Notes under the pieces: generated by a model
What the model was told of the DNA's origin: nothing
Databases searched by the model: none
Seen by the model: the letters and a program-made list of their open reading frames with translations, nothing else
DNA from: a virus
Direction: 5' to 3' (one strand)
IMG/VR virus record: IMGVR_UViG_3300028361_000023
Location: 9,817-73,816 of that record
DNA: 64,000 nt
Shown here: positions 19,595 through 30,115 of the stretch, in pieces
How the letters are laid out: each line of letters begins with the position of its first letter
Numbering within the stretch: the first letter of the stretch is position 1
Translations under genes and position numbers: made by a program

Positions 19595-20808
19595 TATTCA
19601 TAATCTCTAATCACTATTCCAACTGCTTGAAAAGGTAACTTATTAATAGTTCTTTCTCTAAACTCTACAGTAAGTTGTTTTCCTATATATGTAGTTTTAT
19701 TTTTAAGATATTCAGCTTTTTGAATATGTGTACCTTCGGGTACTACTTCAAATGTGTTTTCTGTAATATCATTCATACATTTAAACATACCTAATTCTTG
19801 ATTAACTTTCATAGGTATTACATCTATAATTAAAAACTCTTTACTTTCTTTACGTTTGAGTTTAGTCATAGTTCTTGGACGTTTTCCATATTGATATAAA
19901 GCATCAGGATTCCTAAATATACCTCCTTCATAACCTTCATTAATACACACATCAGTAAACTTTTCAGCTTCTTCAACAGTATTAATTAAACTAGTTGTAA
20001 TAAATACAATTGCGTTTAAGTTTGAATGTTCGTCTCTAATATCTTCTAATATAGCTATACGAGCACTTTGAACTAAATCTACAGCTAAATCAAAAAGATA
20101 ATGTTGTAACTTAGGTACATTTATATGTGTATTTTTGTTTAATATAGTAGATTTACACATACCAGCAATAGTTGCTACTTTAGTATTTGGTAAATATAAT
20201 TCACCGTCAAATATAACATCTTTATTAATATTTCCAGCTAAATATATATCTCTATAAGCTTGTTGGATATGTGGTATATTGTAAGTTTGTCCATTTTTAG
20301 ACTTAATAACGACATCATCATTATACCAATAAACAGTTGATCTGACACCATTTATTTTAGGTTGACCAAGACAAGGAAAAGTAGCTATTAATTTACCTGT
20401 TTTAACATTATAGAAAGGTTGAGCTTTCATAGGTTTAGGTAAACCATCACTATCTGTTCTTACTTTTATATTAGCTTCAAGTTCACTTAAACTATCCATA
20501 GGAAGAAGATCTTTAAGACTATTTGGTGGTAACACATAACCCTCTCTATCTAATTTATGTTCCCAAAAAGATTGAGCTTCAGCTATAGCTTGTTTTATTA
20601 TAGTTGTTTCATTTATTTTACCTATATTTTTACCTTCTCGTATAATATAAGTATTAGGTGAGTTTGTAAGAGAAGCTCCATATAAACCACTTTGTTTGGT
20701 TATAACTCCTTGACCAAATTCATTTTCACTAACCGAAATATTCCATTCAATTATCTTATTATTACTATTCTTACTATAAAGAGTAGGGAAAGATTTAATT
20801 TTATTCAT
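19594..20808 (-). CDS. ATP-dependent DNA ligase
   Basis: QPKINGVR (KxxGxR), FDGELY, LFD, EGYEG and KLK motifs. The likely start is MNKIKSF at 20808; the track start is 20850. Confidence 0.93.
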   Translation of the reverse strand: MNKIKSFPTLYSKNSNNKIIEWNISVSENEFGQGVITKQSGLYGASLTNSPNTYIIREGKNIGKINETTIIKQAIAEAQSFWEHKLDREGYVLPPNSLKDLLPMDSLSELEANIKVRTDSDGLPKPMKAQPFYNVKTGKLIATFPCLGQPKINGVRSTVYWYNDDVVIKSKNGQTYNIPHIQQAYRDIYLAGNINKDVIFDGELYLPNTKVATIAGMCKSTILNKNTHINVPKLQHYLFDLAVDLVQSARIAILEDIRDEHSNLNAIVFITTSLINTVEEAEKFTDVCINEGYEGGIFRNPDALYQYGKRPRTMTKLKRKESKEFLIIDVIPMKVNQELGMFKCMNDITENTFEVVPEGTHIQKAEYLKNKTTYIGKQLTVEFRERTINKLPFQAVGIVIRDYE

Positions 20809-21205
20809 TTGTTTCTTTGATTGTGTAATATATAAAATACATACCTTCAAGATTTTTTAAATTATCAGTACATTTTTCTATGTATTTCTTGTGTAAAATA
20901 GGAGCAGTAATATCACTTTCTGTAATTTTACCTCCATTAGTTGTAGTAACGTCGTCTGTTATATGATGTTGCCAACCTAGTTTTCCTTCAAAAACTTGTT
21001 CAGTTAGTTTGTCGTAGTTTTCTTTACCACATTCGTTTCCATATAATATCTTTAATATATTATATTTATAAATAGTTTTTTCTTTGGCAATTATATCTAT
21101 TGCTGTTGCTTCTTTACTTAATATAAGAGTTTTAAATTCTTCTTTTGTCAGTACAGAAACTCTTACATTTCTTTTAGTTGTTTTAGTGACTGTTTGTCGA
21201 TTCAT
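20801..21205 (-). CDS. Hypothetical protein
   Basis: 134 aa ORF between primase and ligase. Confidence 0.65.
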   Translation of the reverse strand: MNRQTVTKTTKRNVRVSVLTKEEFKTLILSKEATAIDIIAKEKTIYKYNILKILYGNECGKENYDKLTEQVFEGKLGWQHHITDDVTTTNGGKITESDITAPILHKKYIEKCTDNLKNLEGMYFIYYTIKETNE

Positions 21206-22185
21206 AAAAAGTTATTTTTAAATTTGTTTACAAGTTTAAGACTTTCTTCCGTGCCAAATTCAGTTTGAAAATCTGCTGGGTCTTTAGTTTTAGGCATTAA
21301 AATACAATTATACCCATATTTTTGATAATGTAATATAGAAAATTTTTTACCTTGATGATCGTTATCGAACAAAGTATACACATTACTAGCTTTATTTACT
21401 TTAGTTAATATAAATTCATGTTCAGCTTCAGTTACCATTTTATTTTCATTTCCAGTTGCGGCTACATTTAAACCAAAACTATCTATTACTAATAAGTCTT
21501 TATAACTACCTACTAATAATAAATGATTATCTTTTCTAATTTGATCAAAACCTTTAGAATGACAAACATTATTAATATATCTATGTACTTTATCTTTATA
21601 AGGAAAATAAGCTTGAAAAATGATTTTCTTAGATTCGTTATGTCTGCCTATAAGAAAAATATATGCTGGCTTTGCAACGTCATATCTATACACAGCAACA
21701 TCATCTATAAAAAAATTATAAAGCCTATATACTCTACGTTTTTCTAATTGTTTTAAAGTAACATTAAGTGTTTGCCAAAACGCAACATCTAATGAATTAA
21801 ACTTACAAAGTGTATAGTCAAATTGTGTAGCTCCTTTTACTACGTTATCTTTATCTGTTTGTATTAAATCTTCTTTATCGAGAAGTTTAAAGTCTATTGC
21901 TATTATATTTAATACTCTTTTAAAACCACCTGTAGCTTTAATATTAATCCTATTTAACTTAGCAACTAAATCAAAACAATCTCCATCAAAAGTACCAAAA
22001 TCCTTAAATCTAGGTCTATTATCGTGTTTATTATAATATATAACTCCAGAAGGCACATTATCACGCCTAAAAGGTGTGCTAATTTTGATATCAAAATCAT
22101 TTATTTTAAGATAATGTTTTAATATACTTTTTTCTGTTACTTTAGTTAATATCCAGTCTTTTGTAAATGTGTTATATATTAGCAT
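21202..22185 (-). CDS. DNA primase (crAss-type DnaG/TOPRIM)
   Basis: STPFRRDNVPS, FKDFG..GDCF, SYKD, LFDND..G and KDPAD motifs. Confidence 0.85.
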   Translation of the reverse strand: MLIYNTFTKDWILTKVTEKSILKHYLKINDFDIKISTPFRRDNVPSGVIYYNKHDNRPRFKDFGTFDGDCFDLVAKLNRINIKATGGFKRVLNIIAIDFKLLDKEDLIQTDKDNVVKGATQFDYTLCKFNSLDVAFWQTLNVTLKQLEKRRVYRLYNFFIDDVAVYRYDVAKPAYIFLIGRHNESKKIIFQAYFPYKDKVHRYINNVCHSKGFDQIRKDNHLLLVGSYKDLLVIDSFGLNVAATGNENKMVTEAEHEFILTKVNKASNVYTLFDNDHQGKKFSILHYQKYGYNCILMPKTKDPADFQTEFGTEESLKLVNKFKNNFL

Positions 22186-22199
22186 ATTAATTTAAACAT

Positions 22200-22233
22200 A
22201 AAAAGGTGTACATAATAAATACATACACCTTTT
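22200..22233 (-). terminator. Rho-independent terminator
   Basis: AAAAGGTGTA...TACACCTTTT inverted repeat after the 22254 gene. Confidence 0.6.
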
Positions 22234-22253
22234 AATTGTTGTATTATAACCTA

Positions 22254-22874
22254 TTAAAATATAGGTAAATCTTCAAGACCTGTTCCAGCAACACCATCAT
22301 TTCCAGATGCAGCTCCTACTACTTCAGGAGTTAAAGGATGTAAATTTGGATCAACTACAAGAGTAGTAGCTTTACCCGATACAACAGGTTCTATAAAGTT
22401 TTTAACAGCAAGTCCAGGAAGACTTTGATATTTACCATTAAAACAACTAATCAACCATACAGGTTGAGTTTTGTAACCTTCTACTTTTTCAAGACCTTCG
22501 GCAAAAGCAGCAAAAAGAACATTATAAGCAGTATCATCTTCAGGTACATCAAATTCTGGCATAACACTAAAAGCATTATAAATGTGTTTTACTTTTTTAG
22601 CCATACGAAGAAGTGCAGCTAAGTTTTTTTCAACACTACTGTCAAAATTCATATAACGCTTACTAGGGAAAAACCTATCTGTAAGAACTCTAGTTTCTTG
22701 GTCTTTTTCAGTTGGAATACTTACAAATTTAAGTTCCAAACAAGGTGTAGTATTACCTGCTTTTGTTTTATATTCTTTATGGTGTATAACTTCTACAAGG
22801 TTCACCATACTAATTCCGGGTATTAAATCTAAATCTGCTTTACCTGCAATGTTATTTCCTATTTTAAATGACAT
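22254..22874 (-). CDS. Putative single-stranded DNA-binding protein
   Basis: Gly-rich flexible tail ending EDLPIF (SSB-like tip), located next to the primase. Confidence 0.5.
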   Translation of the reverse strand: MSFKIGNNIAGKADLDLIPGISMVNLVEVIHHKEYKTKAGNTTPCLELKFVSIPTEKDQETRVLTDRFFPSKRYMNFDSSVEKNLAALLRMAKKVKHIYNAFSVMPEFDVPEDDTAYNVLFAAFAEGLEKVEGYKTQPVWLISCFNGKYQSLPGLAVKNFIEPVVSGKATTLVVDPNLHPLTPEVVGAASGNDGVAGTGLEDLPIF

Positions 22875-22921
22875 AATTTTTGTTTATTTTTATTATTATT
22901 GTTAATTGAATTTTTTTAGAT

Positions 22922-22949
22922 AAAAAAAGGGCAATTTTCATTACCCTTT
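22922..22949 (-). terminator. Rho-independent terminator
   Basis: On the - strand: AAAGGGTAAT-GAAA-ATTGCCC-TTTTTTT. Confidence 0.75.
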
Positions 22950-22969
22950 AGTTTAAACTTTAGTCTTAA

Positions 22970-23551
22970 TTACATAGAGATTTCATCTGAATCATCTTCA
23001 TAAGATGTTTCAGAAACTTGATTTGCATCATTACTATTAATAGTAGTCTCAACATCACTAGTTTCTTTTGTTTTAGCTTTTCTTGCAGTTTTAGCTTCTA
23101 CTTTATCAAATTGAATAGCAAATACTTTAACTGTTTCTCCGTTTAAAAGACTTACAGTAGGTGCTTGTTCTATTTCTTCTTCTGTTTCAAGACCTAAAAC
23201 AGAAAAGTAACGGTTTTCTTCGTTGTTACCTTCAAGAAAATCCCAAACATTAGCAGAACTAAAAGAAGTATCACTACCTATAGAACCGCCATTCCAAGCA
23301 AGTTTTGATCCTTGCTTTTTAATAGCAGGTGTGGCTTCTTTATCTCCACCTTGTCCTTTCATTATGTAGTGGTTTCCATCACCTAGTTTTGCTACAAATA
23401 CATAATCTCCTGCTGTAAGGCCCATTGATTGAGTAGCACTACTACTTAGTGTACATTGACTAGATGTTGTTTTAGCGATAAGTACGTTTCCTATCTCTTT
23501 TTTTTGTGGTCTTTGATTACTTAATCCTTCTACGATTTCTAAATTGCTCAT
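22970..23551 (-). CDS. Hypothetical protein with acidic C-terminal tail
   Basis: 193 aa ORF flanked by a promoter-like element and a terminator. Confidence 0.75.
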   Translation of the reverse strand: MSNLEIVEGLSNQRPQKKEIGNVLIAKTTSSQCTLSSSATQSMGLTAGDYVFVAKLGDGNHYIMKGQGGDKEATPAIKKQGSKLAWNGGSIGSDTSFSSANVWDFLEGNNEENRYFSVLGLETEEEIEQAPTVSLLNGETVKVFAIQFDKVEAKTARKAKTKETSDVETTINSNDANQVSETSYEDDSDEISM

Positions 23552-23593
23552 AATTTTGTGTTTTTAAATGTGTTTATTGTTATTATTGTTCTA

Positions 23594-23601
23594 CAAATAT
23601 A
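23594..23601 (-). promoter_or_regulatory. Bacteroidota sigma-70 -7 element (TATATTTG)
   Basis: TAnnTTTG 43 bp upstream of the 23551 start; the -33 element is not clear. Confidence 0.5.
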
Positions 23602-23644
23602 CTTAAAGTTTCCATTTCTACTAGTGTTTGTTGATTAATTTTTT

Positions 23645-24445
23645 CTAATTTTCATTTTTTTTTGCTTTGTTAATGTTTGATTGATTCTCATTTATTGTAG
23701 GTTCTTTGTCGAGTATGGTTATTTTACTAACAATGCTTTCATCGTTAACAGCATACTCAATTTCTTTTGCATCCATCATTTCAGTAGTTTCATAAGGCAT
23801 AGCAAGCATAAAATCATCGCCAATATATCTAAAACCTTTTGATAGAGCTCTAACTAAACATTGATTAGCAGGATCTATATCCCAAGCACCTCCAGGTTTT
23901 ATAAGTTTAGCTCTTATAGCAGTACTAAGCTTATAAGTACTAATAAAAGTTCTATTAGGTTTGTCTTTAATTTGTCTAGTTAAAAGTACTTTAGTAACTC
24001 TTTCAGAACTAACTACTATTATCTTAATAGCTTTTGCTACTATCTTTGCTTTACTAGCTTCATTACTTAATTGAGCTTTAGTAACTACTTGCCAAACTCC
24101 TTCTTTTTCGTTTAATTTAACTTCTTCTTCGTCATAAAGATTACCTTCCCCATCTGTATAAGTTCTTTCTATTTCAAAATCTTTTAAAACTTCAAAACTT
24201 ACATCATTATTAATAGCTAAAGCATTCATTAAATGTATACTTGGAGTAGCTTTACCTCCTACATCATAAATATTATTTATAGCAGCCATAGGAGGTATAC
24301 CTAATTCTCTACCAGAAATGATAGCTATCATAACCGCACTTTCAGAAGGTAAAGGACTTAATCCAGATTTAATAACTTCTTGTGCTAGTATTCTAAGGTC
24401 TTCAAAACTACCTTTTTCTAAATTTTGTATTACTTTATTATCCAT
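23645..24445 (-). CDS. RecT/Bet-like ssDNA annealing protein
   Basis: AIISGRELGIPPMAAINNIYDVGGK and W...P..Q...RAL...R motifs. Confidence 0.7.
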   Translation of the reverse strand: MDNKVIQNLEKGSFEDLRILAQEVIKSGLSPLPSESAVMIAIISGRELGIPPMAAINNIYDVGGKATPSIHLMNALAINNDVSFEVLKDFEIERTYTDGEGNLYDEEEVKLNEKEGVWQVVTKAQLSNEASKAKIVAKAIKIIVVSSERVTKVLLTRQIKDKPNRTFISTYKLSTAIRAKLIKPGGAWDIDPANQCLVRALSKGFRYIGDDFMLAMPYETTEMMDAKEIEYAVNDESIVSKITILDKEPTINENQSNINKAKKNEN

Positions 24446-24446
24446 T

Positions 24447-24713
24447 TTATTTATTAAATAATTCTATTATTTCGTTTGATTTGTCTGTGAATTTTATTTT
24501 ATTATTTTTATCTCTTTCAGCATATCCTTTATCTATAAAATCTTCTACCATATATTTACTTAATATTTGATTTCCGTTTCCTATATCATAACCATTGATT
24601 TTTTTATACTTATCATATAAAAAAGAATCTACTTTATTTGCGTAAATAACTAAAAAATGATTTAAAGTTATTTTATTATCTATACAATATTGTAATACTT
24701 CATTAAATTGCAT
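24447..24713 (-). CDS. Hypothetical protein
   Basis: 88 aa ORF coupled to the helicase gene. Confidence 0.7.
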   Translation of the reverse strand: MQFNEVLQYCIDNKITLNHFLVIYANKVDSFLYDKYKKINGYDIGNGNQILSKYMVEDFIDKGYAERDKNNKIKFTDKSNEIIELFNK

Positions 24714-26116
24714 TAATTTATATATTTATCTATTTCATTTATATTTTTTATCCAAATAATTTTACTAGAATTAGTGCGACTTTGTCGTTTTCTTAAAGAG
24801 AAAGCTTCTTTTGTATCTATACCATAAAGATTAACAATAATAGATTTTTTATCTTTAAAACTACGTTTAGTTCTACCGCTTCTTTGTTTGTGTTGAATAT
24901 ATTTAGATGTACCACTTGTAATAATAGCGATCTCTAAATCTTCAACATTAAATCCAGCATCTAAAGCTTTAGCTGTTATTAAGACATTTGATTTACCTTC
25001 TTTAATCTGTTTAATTGACCAATCTTTTAATCTTTTAATACCAAAAGTAACTAATTTACCTTTATCGTTAGTGATTTTTCTACTTTTAATACTACTATGA
25101 TACAGTATAGAAAAAGTATTCTCTTTACAGGCAGACTTATTAAATTCATTTTCTATTTGATTATGTATAGAGTCTGCAAATTTAGTATCTTCACTAAATA
25201 TCATAATTTTTTTACTTTTAAATTTTTCGACTAAATCTAATGTAACTACACTTTTATCTATTAAATGATTAAGAAGTTTCTTACGTTGTTGTGTTGTAGT
25301 GATTAACGTTTTAGCACTATCCATAATAATTTTAGGATTATACTTATTATCTATATCAATACCAACACGAGAACTTCTATAATCTATTCTTTGCCAACCA
25401 TTTTTAATAGCTAAAGACAAAGCATATTGGTAATTAGATATTTTTTTATCTCCACTTAAACAATTTAAAGCTAATTTAAAATCACCATCAAATAAAGTTA
25501 GTTTTTCTTTTATTATCTCTGAAAAATGGTCATAACGTGTTTTTTCAAATTCAGTTAAATTAACAGGCATATTAAGTTCTACATAATCAGAAATCCAACC
25601 ATTTATTATAGCTTCTTCTTCGGTTATAACACTAACTATAGGGCAATAATTTTTTACTACAGAACCGTAAACACCATTTTCATCTTCTGGAGTAGCAGTT
25701 AAACCTAATATATGAGTGTATGTTATAATTTCTTTAGTAATAAATTTTAATCTTTCTGTAGAATAAAAAGTATGTATTTCGTCTATAATTAACAGATCAT
25801 AAACGTCTCTTTTATTATGATATAAGTAATATTGTGCAGTTTCTACAACTATATAATTAGTATTAAGACAATGATTCACAATTGCTTCTTTCCAATCTTC
25901 TACTTTATCACTTATAGCTACGAATATACCAATTTTAGCATCAGGATTTTTTTCTTTATATTTATTAATAAGGAGACAAGTCTCATAAGTTTTACCAAAA
26001 CCAGTTACGTGTTTAAAAATACCACAACCGTTTATTTTTGAACCATATAATTTACTTTTACGCCATTTTTCTATTTCTGCATGTTGTTTTTTTAATTTTA
26101 ATTCATCTATCTTCAT
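24713..26116 (-). CDS. Superfamily 2 (DExH) helicase
   Basis: TGFGKT, IIDEIH, GLTAT, LDAGFNV and QRSGRTKR motifs. Confidence 0.92.
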   Translation of the reverse strand: MKIDELKLKKQHAEIEKWRKSKLYGSKINGCGIFKHVTGFGKTYETCLLINKYKEKNPDAKIGIFVAISDKVEDWKEAIVNHCLNTNYIVVETAQYYLYHNKRDVYDLLIIDEIHTFYSTERLKFITKEIITYTHILGLTATPEDENGVYGSVVKNYCPIVSVITEEEAIINGWISDYVELNMPVNLTEFEKTRYDHFSEIIKEKLTLFDGDFKLALNCLSGDKKISNYQYALSLAIKNGWQRIDYRSSRVGIDIDNKYNPKIIMDSAKTLITTTQQRKKLLNHLIDKSVVTLDLVEKFKSKKIMIFSEDTKFADSIHNQIENEFNKSACKENTFSILYHSSIKSRKITNDKGKLVTFGIKRLKDWSIKQIKEGKSNVLITAKALDAGFNVEDLEIAIITSGTSKYIQHKQRSGRTKRSFKDKKSIIVNLYGIDTKEAFSLRKRQSRTNSSKIIWIKNINEIDKYIN

Positions 26117-26373
26117 TTTTTAATATTAAAAAGTCTTAATCTATCTAATTCAATTTCAATTTGTTGCTCTAAATCAAAATCTCTTATTTTATAGTCTTGT
26201 TTTTTATAAGTAATAAATAATGTAATTAAATTATCTTGTACTTCTATTAATTTTTTTTTGTTTTTTCTTTGTTTTCTTTCTAATTCTAATTTTAAATTAT
26301 GTAATTCTTTTAATTGTTTTTCTATATTTTCCATATTTTCCATATTATTTAACCCAAGTTTCTTTAATTTCAT
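26113..26373 (-). CDS. Small coiled-coil hypothetical protein
   Basis: Sits between polA and the helicase; the real start is probably MENMEN at about 26343. Confidence 0.6.
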   Translation of the reverse strand: MKLKKLGLNNMENMENIEKQLKELHNLKLELERKQRKNKKKLIEVQDNLITLFITYKKQDYKIRDFDLEQQIEIELDRLRLFNIKK

Positions 26374-28726
26374 AATCTACTTCCATTTCAATATAAGATA
26401 AATATTTGTTAGCAGTATCTACCATTATTTTTCCTATAATTTCAGGAACAGTTAATTGTTCTTCTTTGTAAGGAAATTTAACATCATAATCAATAAGAGA
26501 TTTATGAACTCTAACTACAAGTTCATCATGTACTTGTATTAAAATACCACATTTTTCTCTACCTATGTGTTTTTGTATAAATTTATATAAAACAACCATA
26601 GCTTCTTTAATCATATCTGCTTGTGTACCACTAATTGTAATATTTCTAACAGTATTTTTCCAATCTTGTAATTCTTTCCATTCTGGTTCAATACCGTATC
26701 TTTCTTGTCTAAATAAAGGAGGTATTATTATACTATTATGACTTCTTGTATTAAATACAGCTTTACCTGTTCCTTTTTGTAAATATTCCCCACCATAAGT
26801 AGTAACACCAAATACTTCTCTAAGTACGTTTTCAACCATAATAAAAGTCATAGGAATAATAGCTTTAATACTATGAATTATAACTTCTCCTTCTTCTATA
26901 CTAACATTAAGAGTTCTAGCTATTTTTTTAGCATAAGCTCCGTAAACTACACCAAATGTAATAGCTTTAAATTCTCCTCTTTTATCTTTATTAAGTGTTT
27001 TATTAATAATAAATGTTTCAGACAATTCGTATAACTTTATAGCACTTGGTTCTGCAAACATCATAGTACTAACTATATGTTTTTTCTCTATAAAATCTTT
27101 ACTTGTAATCCATAATCCTTCAATAACTCCAGCTCTATAAAGATAAATATTTCTCCAACAAAGTTGAGCAACAGGACTATGAGTATCACCACCTTCGTGC
27201 ATATTTTTAAGAGAAGCATCTTGAGCTTTATCGGACATAATAACTACTTCAGCTCCAGAAAGATCAGCAGTAATTATATAATGTTCTTTATAATAAAAAC
27301 ATTCTCTATATTCATTAGGTCTAGGTACGTTTTGACTGTTAAATTTATCAGGTTGTGACCTACCGCCTCCGGATTGTAGTCTACCATTAAGAGCGTTATT
27401 TTGTCTATATATAGTATGTATTTTTCCAGTTTTAGGTTGAATTTTATCTAAATAATTTTGACCATAATTAGTAATACGAGTTGTATATAAGCTATATTGT
27501 TCTAGTAAATTTATAAAATTAGTTGCAGGGTGATTTTTTCTAGCTTTAATCATTTCTTTTAAAGCAGGAACACCAACAGTAAATCCAGCAGTTATTTTAA
27601 CTACTCCATTATGAGTGTATTCTGAAATTTTCTTATCAGTATCAGGATAACCTATATCATTAGTATTAACAAACTTTATGTCTTTTTTTAATATACCAAA
27701 ATTAAGTACTTTCTTATCTTGAAATACAGGTATATGAAAATTACCTTCTTTATTAGGTAATATAAATTGCCAAATTGCAAATAAATACTTTAATTGAGTA
27801 TCACTAGAATAGTTAACATATTTTTCTTTTTCAGAAGAATGTTCTTTAAATTTTATAGAATCACCAAACAAATCAATTGAGGTAATTTCTATTTTATCAT
27901 TACGTTCTCTATTATACTTACCTCCACTAATATATTGTTTTCTATTTCCACTATATTGTTCTGTTAGTTTAATTCTTTCAGCATCTAATTGTAATTCTAA
28001 TTCGTATTTTTTCTTTTTATTAAAAACAATATTTTGCTCCCATTTAGGTACATTTAAGTGGAAACCGTCTAATTCCATATCTCCTAATATATATACTAAA
28101 GGCATAGAAACAGCTTTAACCCAATCATATTTTTTATGTAATTTAAGATACTCTATTTGCTTATCGTGTATAGTTTTTAAATCACAAATATCGTCTTTTA
28201 AATATTGATAATCTTCAGCAACTGGAACATAAGTTTCACGAGTAAAACCTATAAAATGAGTTCTAATATCTTTACTTGTACGAACTCTATCAGGTAAATA
28301 TCGTTTTGTTTGAGCGGCTAAATTAAAAAATATACCTCCAGGATTTTTTTTACTTACTTGAAGTCCTTGATATAGTCTTCTATCGGCTATTTCTGTATCC
28401 CATACATTAGTACATAAAAAACCATAAGTAGTATAAAGAAATTTTATATCAAATTTAAAATTACTGCCTATAAAGAACATATCTTTTAATGAAGTCATAA
28501 GTTTTATAACTCCTTCATCTAATATCATATCAGCAGCTATAATAATAGTAGTGCCTTCAGAATAAAGACCAAATAAAAGCAAATCTTGATACTCATTTAA
28601 ACCTTCAGTTTCACCATCACCACAAGCATATTTCCAATGTTTAGTGATTTCCATTGCAAATTCAGGCGTAATACTTTCAAACCCAAAAGTTTCGCCTTTT
28701 GTTATTATATAATCTTTTTCTATCAT
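26345..28726 (-). CDS. polA: Family A DNA polymerase with 3'-5' exonuclease
   Basis: Exonuclease DGETEG/NFKFD/YLKDD; polymerase GRLQS, NSQNVP, ADLSGAE (motif A), KAITFGVVYG (motif B) and QVHDELV (motif C). Confidence 0.96.
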   Translation of the reverse strand: MIEKDYIITKGETFGFESITPEFAMEITKHWKYACGDGETEGLNEYQDLLLFGLYSEGTTIIIAADMILDEGVIKLMTSLKDMFFIGSNFKFDIKFLYTTYGFLCTNVWDTEIADRRLYQGLQVSKKNPGGIFFNLAAQTKRYLPDRVRTSKDIRTHFIGFTRETYVPVAEDYQYLKDDICDLKTIHDKQIEYLKLHKKYDWVKAVSMPLVYILGDMELDGFHLNVPKWEQNIVFNKKKKYELELQLDAERIKLTEQYSGNRKQYISGGKYNRERNDKIEITSIDLFGDSIKFKEHSSEKEKYVNYSSDTQLKYLFAIWQFILPNKEGNFHIPVFQDKKVLNFGILKKDIKFVNTNDIGYPDTDKKISEYTHNGVVKITAGFTVGVPALKEMIKARKNHPATNFINLLEQYSLYTTRITNYGQNYLDKIQPKTGKIHTIYRQNNALNGRLQSGGGRSQPDKFNSQNVPRPNEYRECFYYKEHYIITADLSGAEVVIMSDKAQDASLKNMHEGGDTHSPVAQLCWRNIYLYRAGVIEGLWITSKDFIEKKHIVSTMMFAEPSAIKLYELSETFIINKTLNKDKRGEFKAITFGVVYGAYAKKIARTLNVSIEEGEVIIHSIKAIIPMTFIMVENVLREVFGVTTYGGEYLQKGTGKAVFNTRSHNSIIIPPLFRQERYGIEPEWKELQDWKNTVRNITISGTQADMIKEAMVVLYKFIQKHIGREKCGILIQVHDELVVRVHKSLIDYDVKFPYKEEQLTVPEIIGKIMVDTANKYLSYIEMEVDYEIKETWVK

Positions 28727-28742
28727 TTCATTTTATCTGTTT

Positions 28743-28777
28743 AAAAAAAGTACAAGTAGTATTAATACTTGTACTTT
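28743..28777 (-). terminator. Rho-independent terminator
   Basis: AAAGTACAAGTA...TACTTGTACTTT followed by a T-run on the - strand. Confidence 0.7.
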
Positions 28778-28880
28778 AAATTATTGTTATATAACATTAA
28801 TATTCATTTTTTCAAGGGTTTGTTGAAAAGTAACCGTGTCAAAAAACGTAATCAAAAAATATGGCATAACTTTTAACAAA

Positions 28881-29435
28881 CTACTTAATTAAAGTCCAAT
28901 CAAATTTATTCATAAATTTAGTTTCTAATTTAGTCCACTTTTTAGGATTTTTCCATCTTCCTCTAGCATAAGCATATCTAACTTTAGTGTAATCATTATC
29001 ATATTTAATTAACAAATCAGACATATAAGCAACACTACATTCTAATAAAGTCAATCTAGTTATAGTATCTATATTTAATTTATCTAAATAATAATCTCTA
29101 GTAGGTTTGTATATTTGTAAATCACCTAAACTATCTTCATTAGGATCAAGACAAACTCTAATATAATCTAAACTATCTGGATATCTCCAACCACTTTCAT
29201 TATCTCCAACAAGATGAATAAATAATACATCTACATCGTACTTATCAGAAAACATATCTACGTAATAAAATATACTATTTTCGTTTAAGTCTAAAGCAGG
29301 TTCTTCTATTGCAGTTATAGGTTCAATATTTTCATAATTTTTCAAATCAACAACAGTTAATAAGTAATAAAAACTAAAAAAAATTAATACAGTTAATAAC
29401 AATAAATAAAAATAAGGTTTAAGTTGATTCCACAT
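28881..29435 (-). CDS. Membrane-anchored lytic transglycosylase (SLT/lysozyme-like)
   Basis: N-terminal TM helix, KYDVD, catalytic NESG, GDLQI and YAY motifs; likely start MWNQ at 29435. Confidence 0.7.
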   Translation of the reverse strand: MWNQLKPYFYLLLLTVLIFFSFYYLLTVVDLKNYENIEPITAIEEPALDLNENSIFYYVDMFSDKYDVDVLFIHLVGDNESGWRYPDSLDYIRVCLDPNEDSLGDLQIYKPTRDYYLDKLNIDTITRLTLLECSVAYMSDLLIKYDNDYTKVRYAYARGRWKNPKKWTKLETKFMNKFDWTLIK

Positions 29436-29739
29436 AATGATTATCTTTAAGTGACCATTTAAGATTTGCATCTTTTATAACTTCTTCTATTATATCAACA
29501 ATCTCAGATCGCTTTTTTAAAGGATATATTAAATGAATAGTAGTAATTGTTTTTGTTTTGTTGATTTTTAATAAACATTCATAAATATATTGCTTATTAA
29601 CAAAATCAGAATCCTCGTTATCGTCGTTCTCTTCTTTATTTGTTATTATTGTATCATTATATTTCTTATAAAAAATAATGACAAAAGATAAAAGTATACA
29701 AGTTATACTTATTAGTAATAATATTTCTATTTTATTCAT
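29419..29739 (-). CDS. Hypothetical membrane protein
   Basis: N-terminal hydrophobic helix. Confidence 0.65.
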   Translation of the reverse strand: MNKIEILLLISITCILLSFVIIFYKKYNDTIITNKEENDDNEDSDFVNKQYIYECLLKINKTKTITTIHLIYPLKKRSEIVDIIEEVIKDANLKWSLKDNHYVEST

Positions 29740-29752
29740 AATAATTTTTTAG

Positions 29753-30097
29753 TTAATTGTTTAAATCTTTAATTTTTAATAATCTTTTTCTAAGATTATG
29801 GCTTTTAGGAGATATTCTTCCTTCTTTAGGTATTTTTATACTAAGACCTATAGACCAACCTTTTTTAGTTTGTACTATTTCCATAGAATTTAAAGTATAA
29901 ACGTGTTCTTTATATACTTTAACAGTTCCATCAGTAAAATGTTTACTCTTTTTTTTAATAATAGGCAACATAAAACTATTTTTTGGTATAGAACCACTAA
30001 AATGTTTTACAGATATACCTTTTTTAATTGTTTCACCATTATCCCCGATTACAGGAGGAACATGTACAAATTTTCTACCACGTGTGTTTTTTTTCAT
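29753..30097 (-). CDS. Basic hypothetical protein
   Basis: 114 aa ORF. Confidence 0.65.
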   Translation of the reverse strand: MKKNTRGRKFVHVPPVIGDNGETIKKGISVKHFSGSIPKNSFMLPIIKKKSKHFTDGTVKVYKEHVYTLNSMEIVQTKKGWSIGLSIKIPKEGRISPKSHNLRKRLLKIKDLNN

Positions 30098-30115
30098 TTT
30101 TTTTTTATTTTTATT

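Noticed and set aside
28790-28867. 26-codon - strand ORF upstream of polA
   Set aside because: Atypical composition and no coupling to neighbouring genes; insufficient support.
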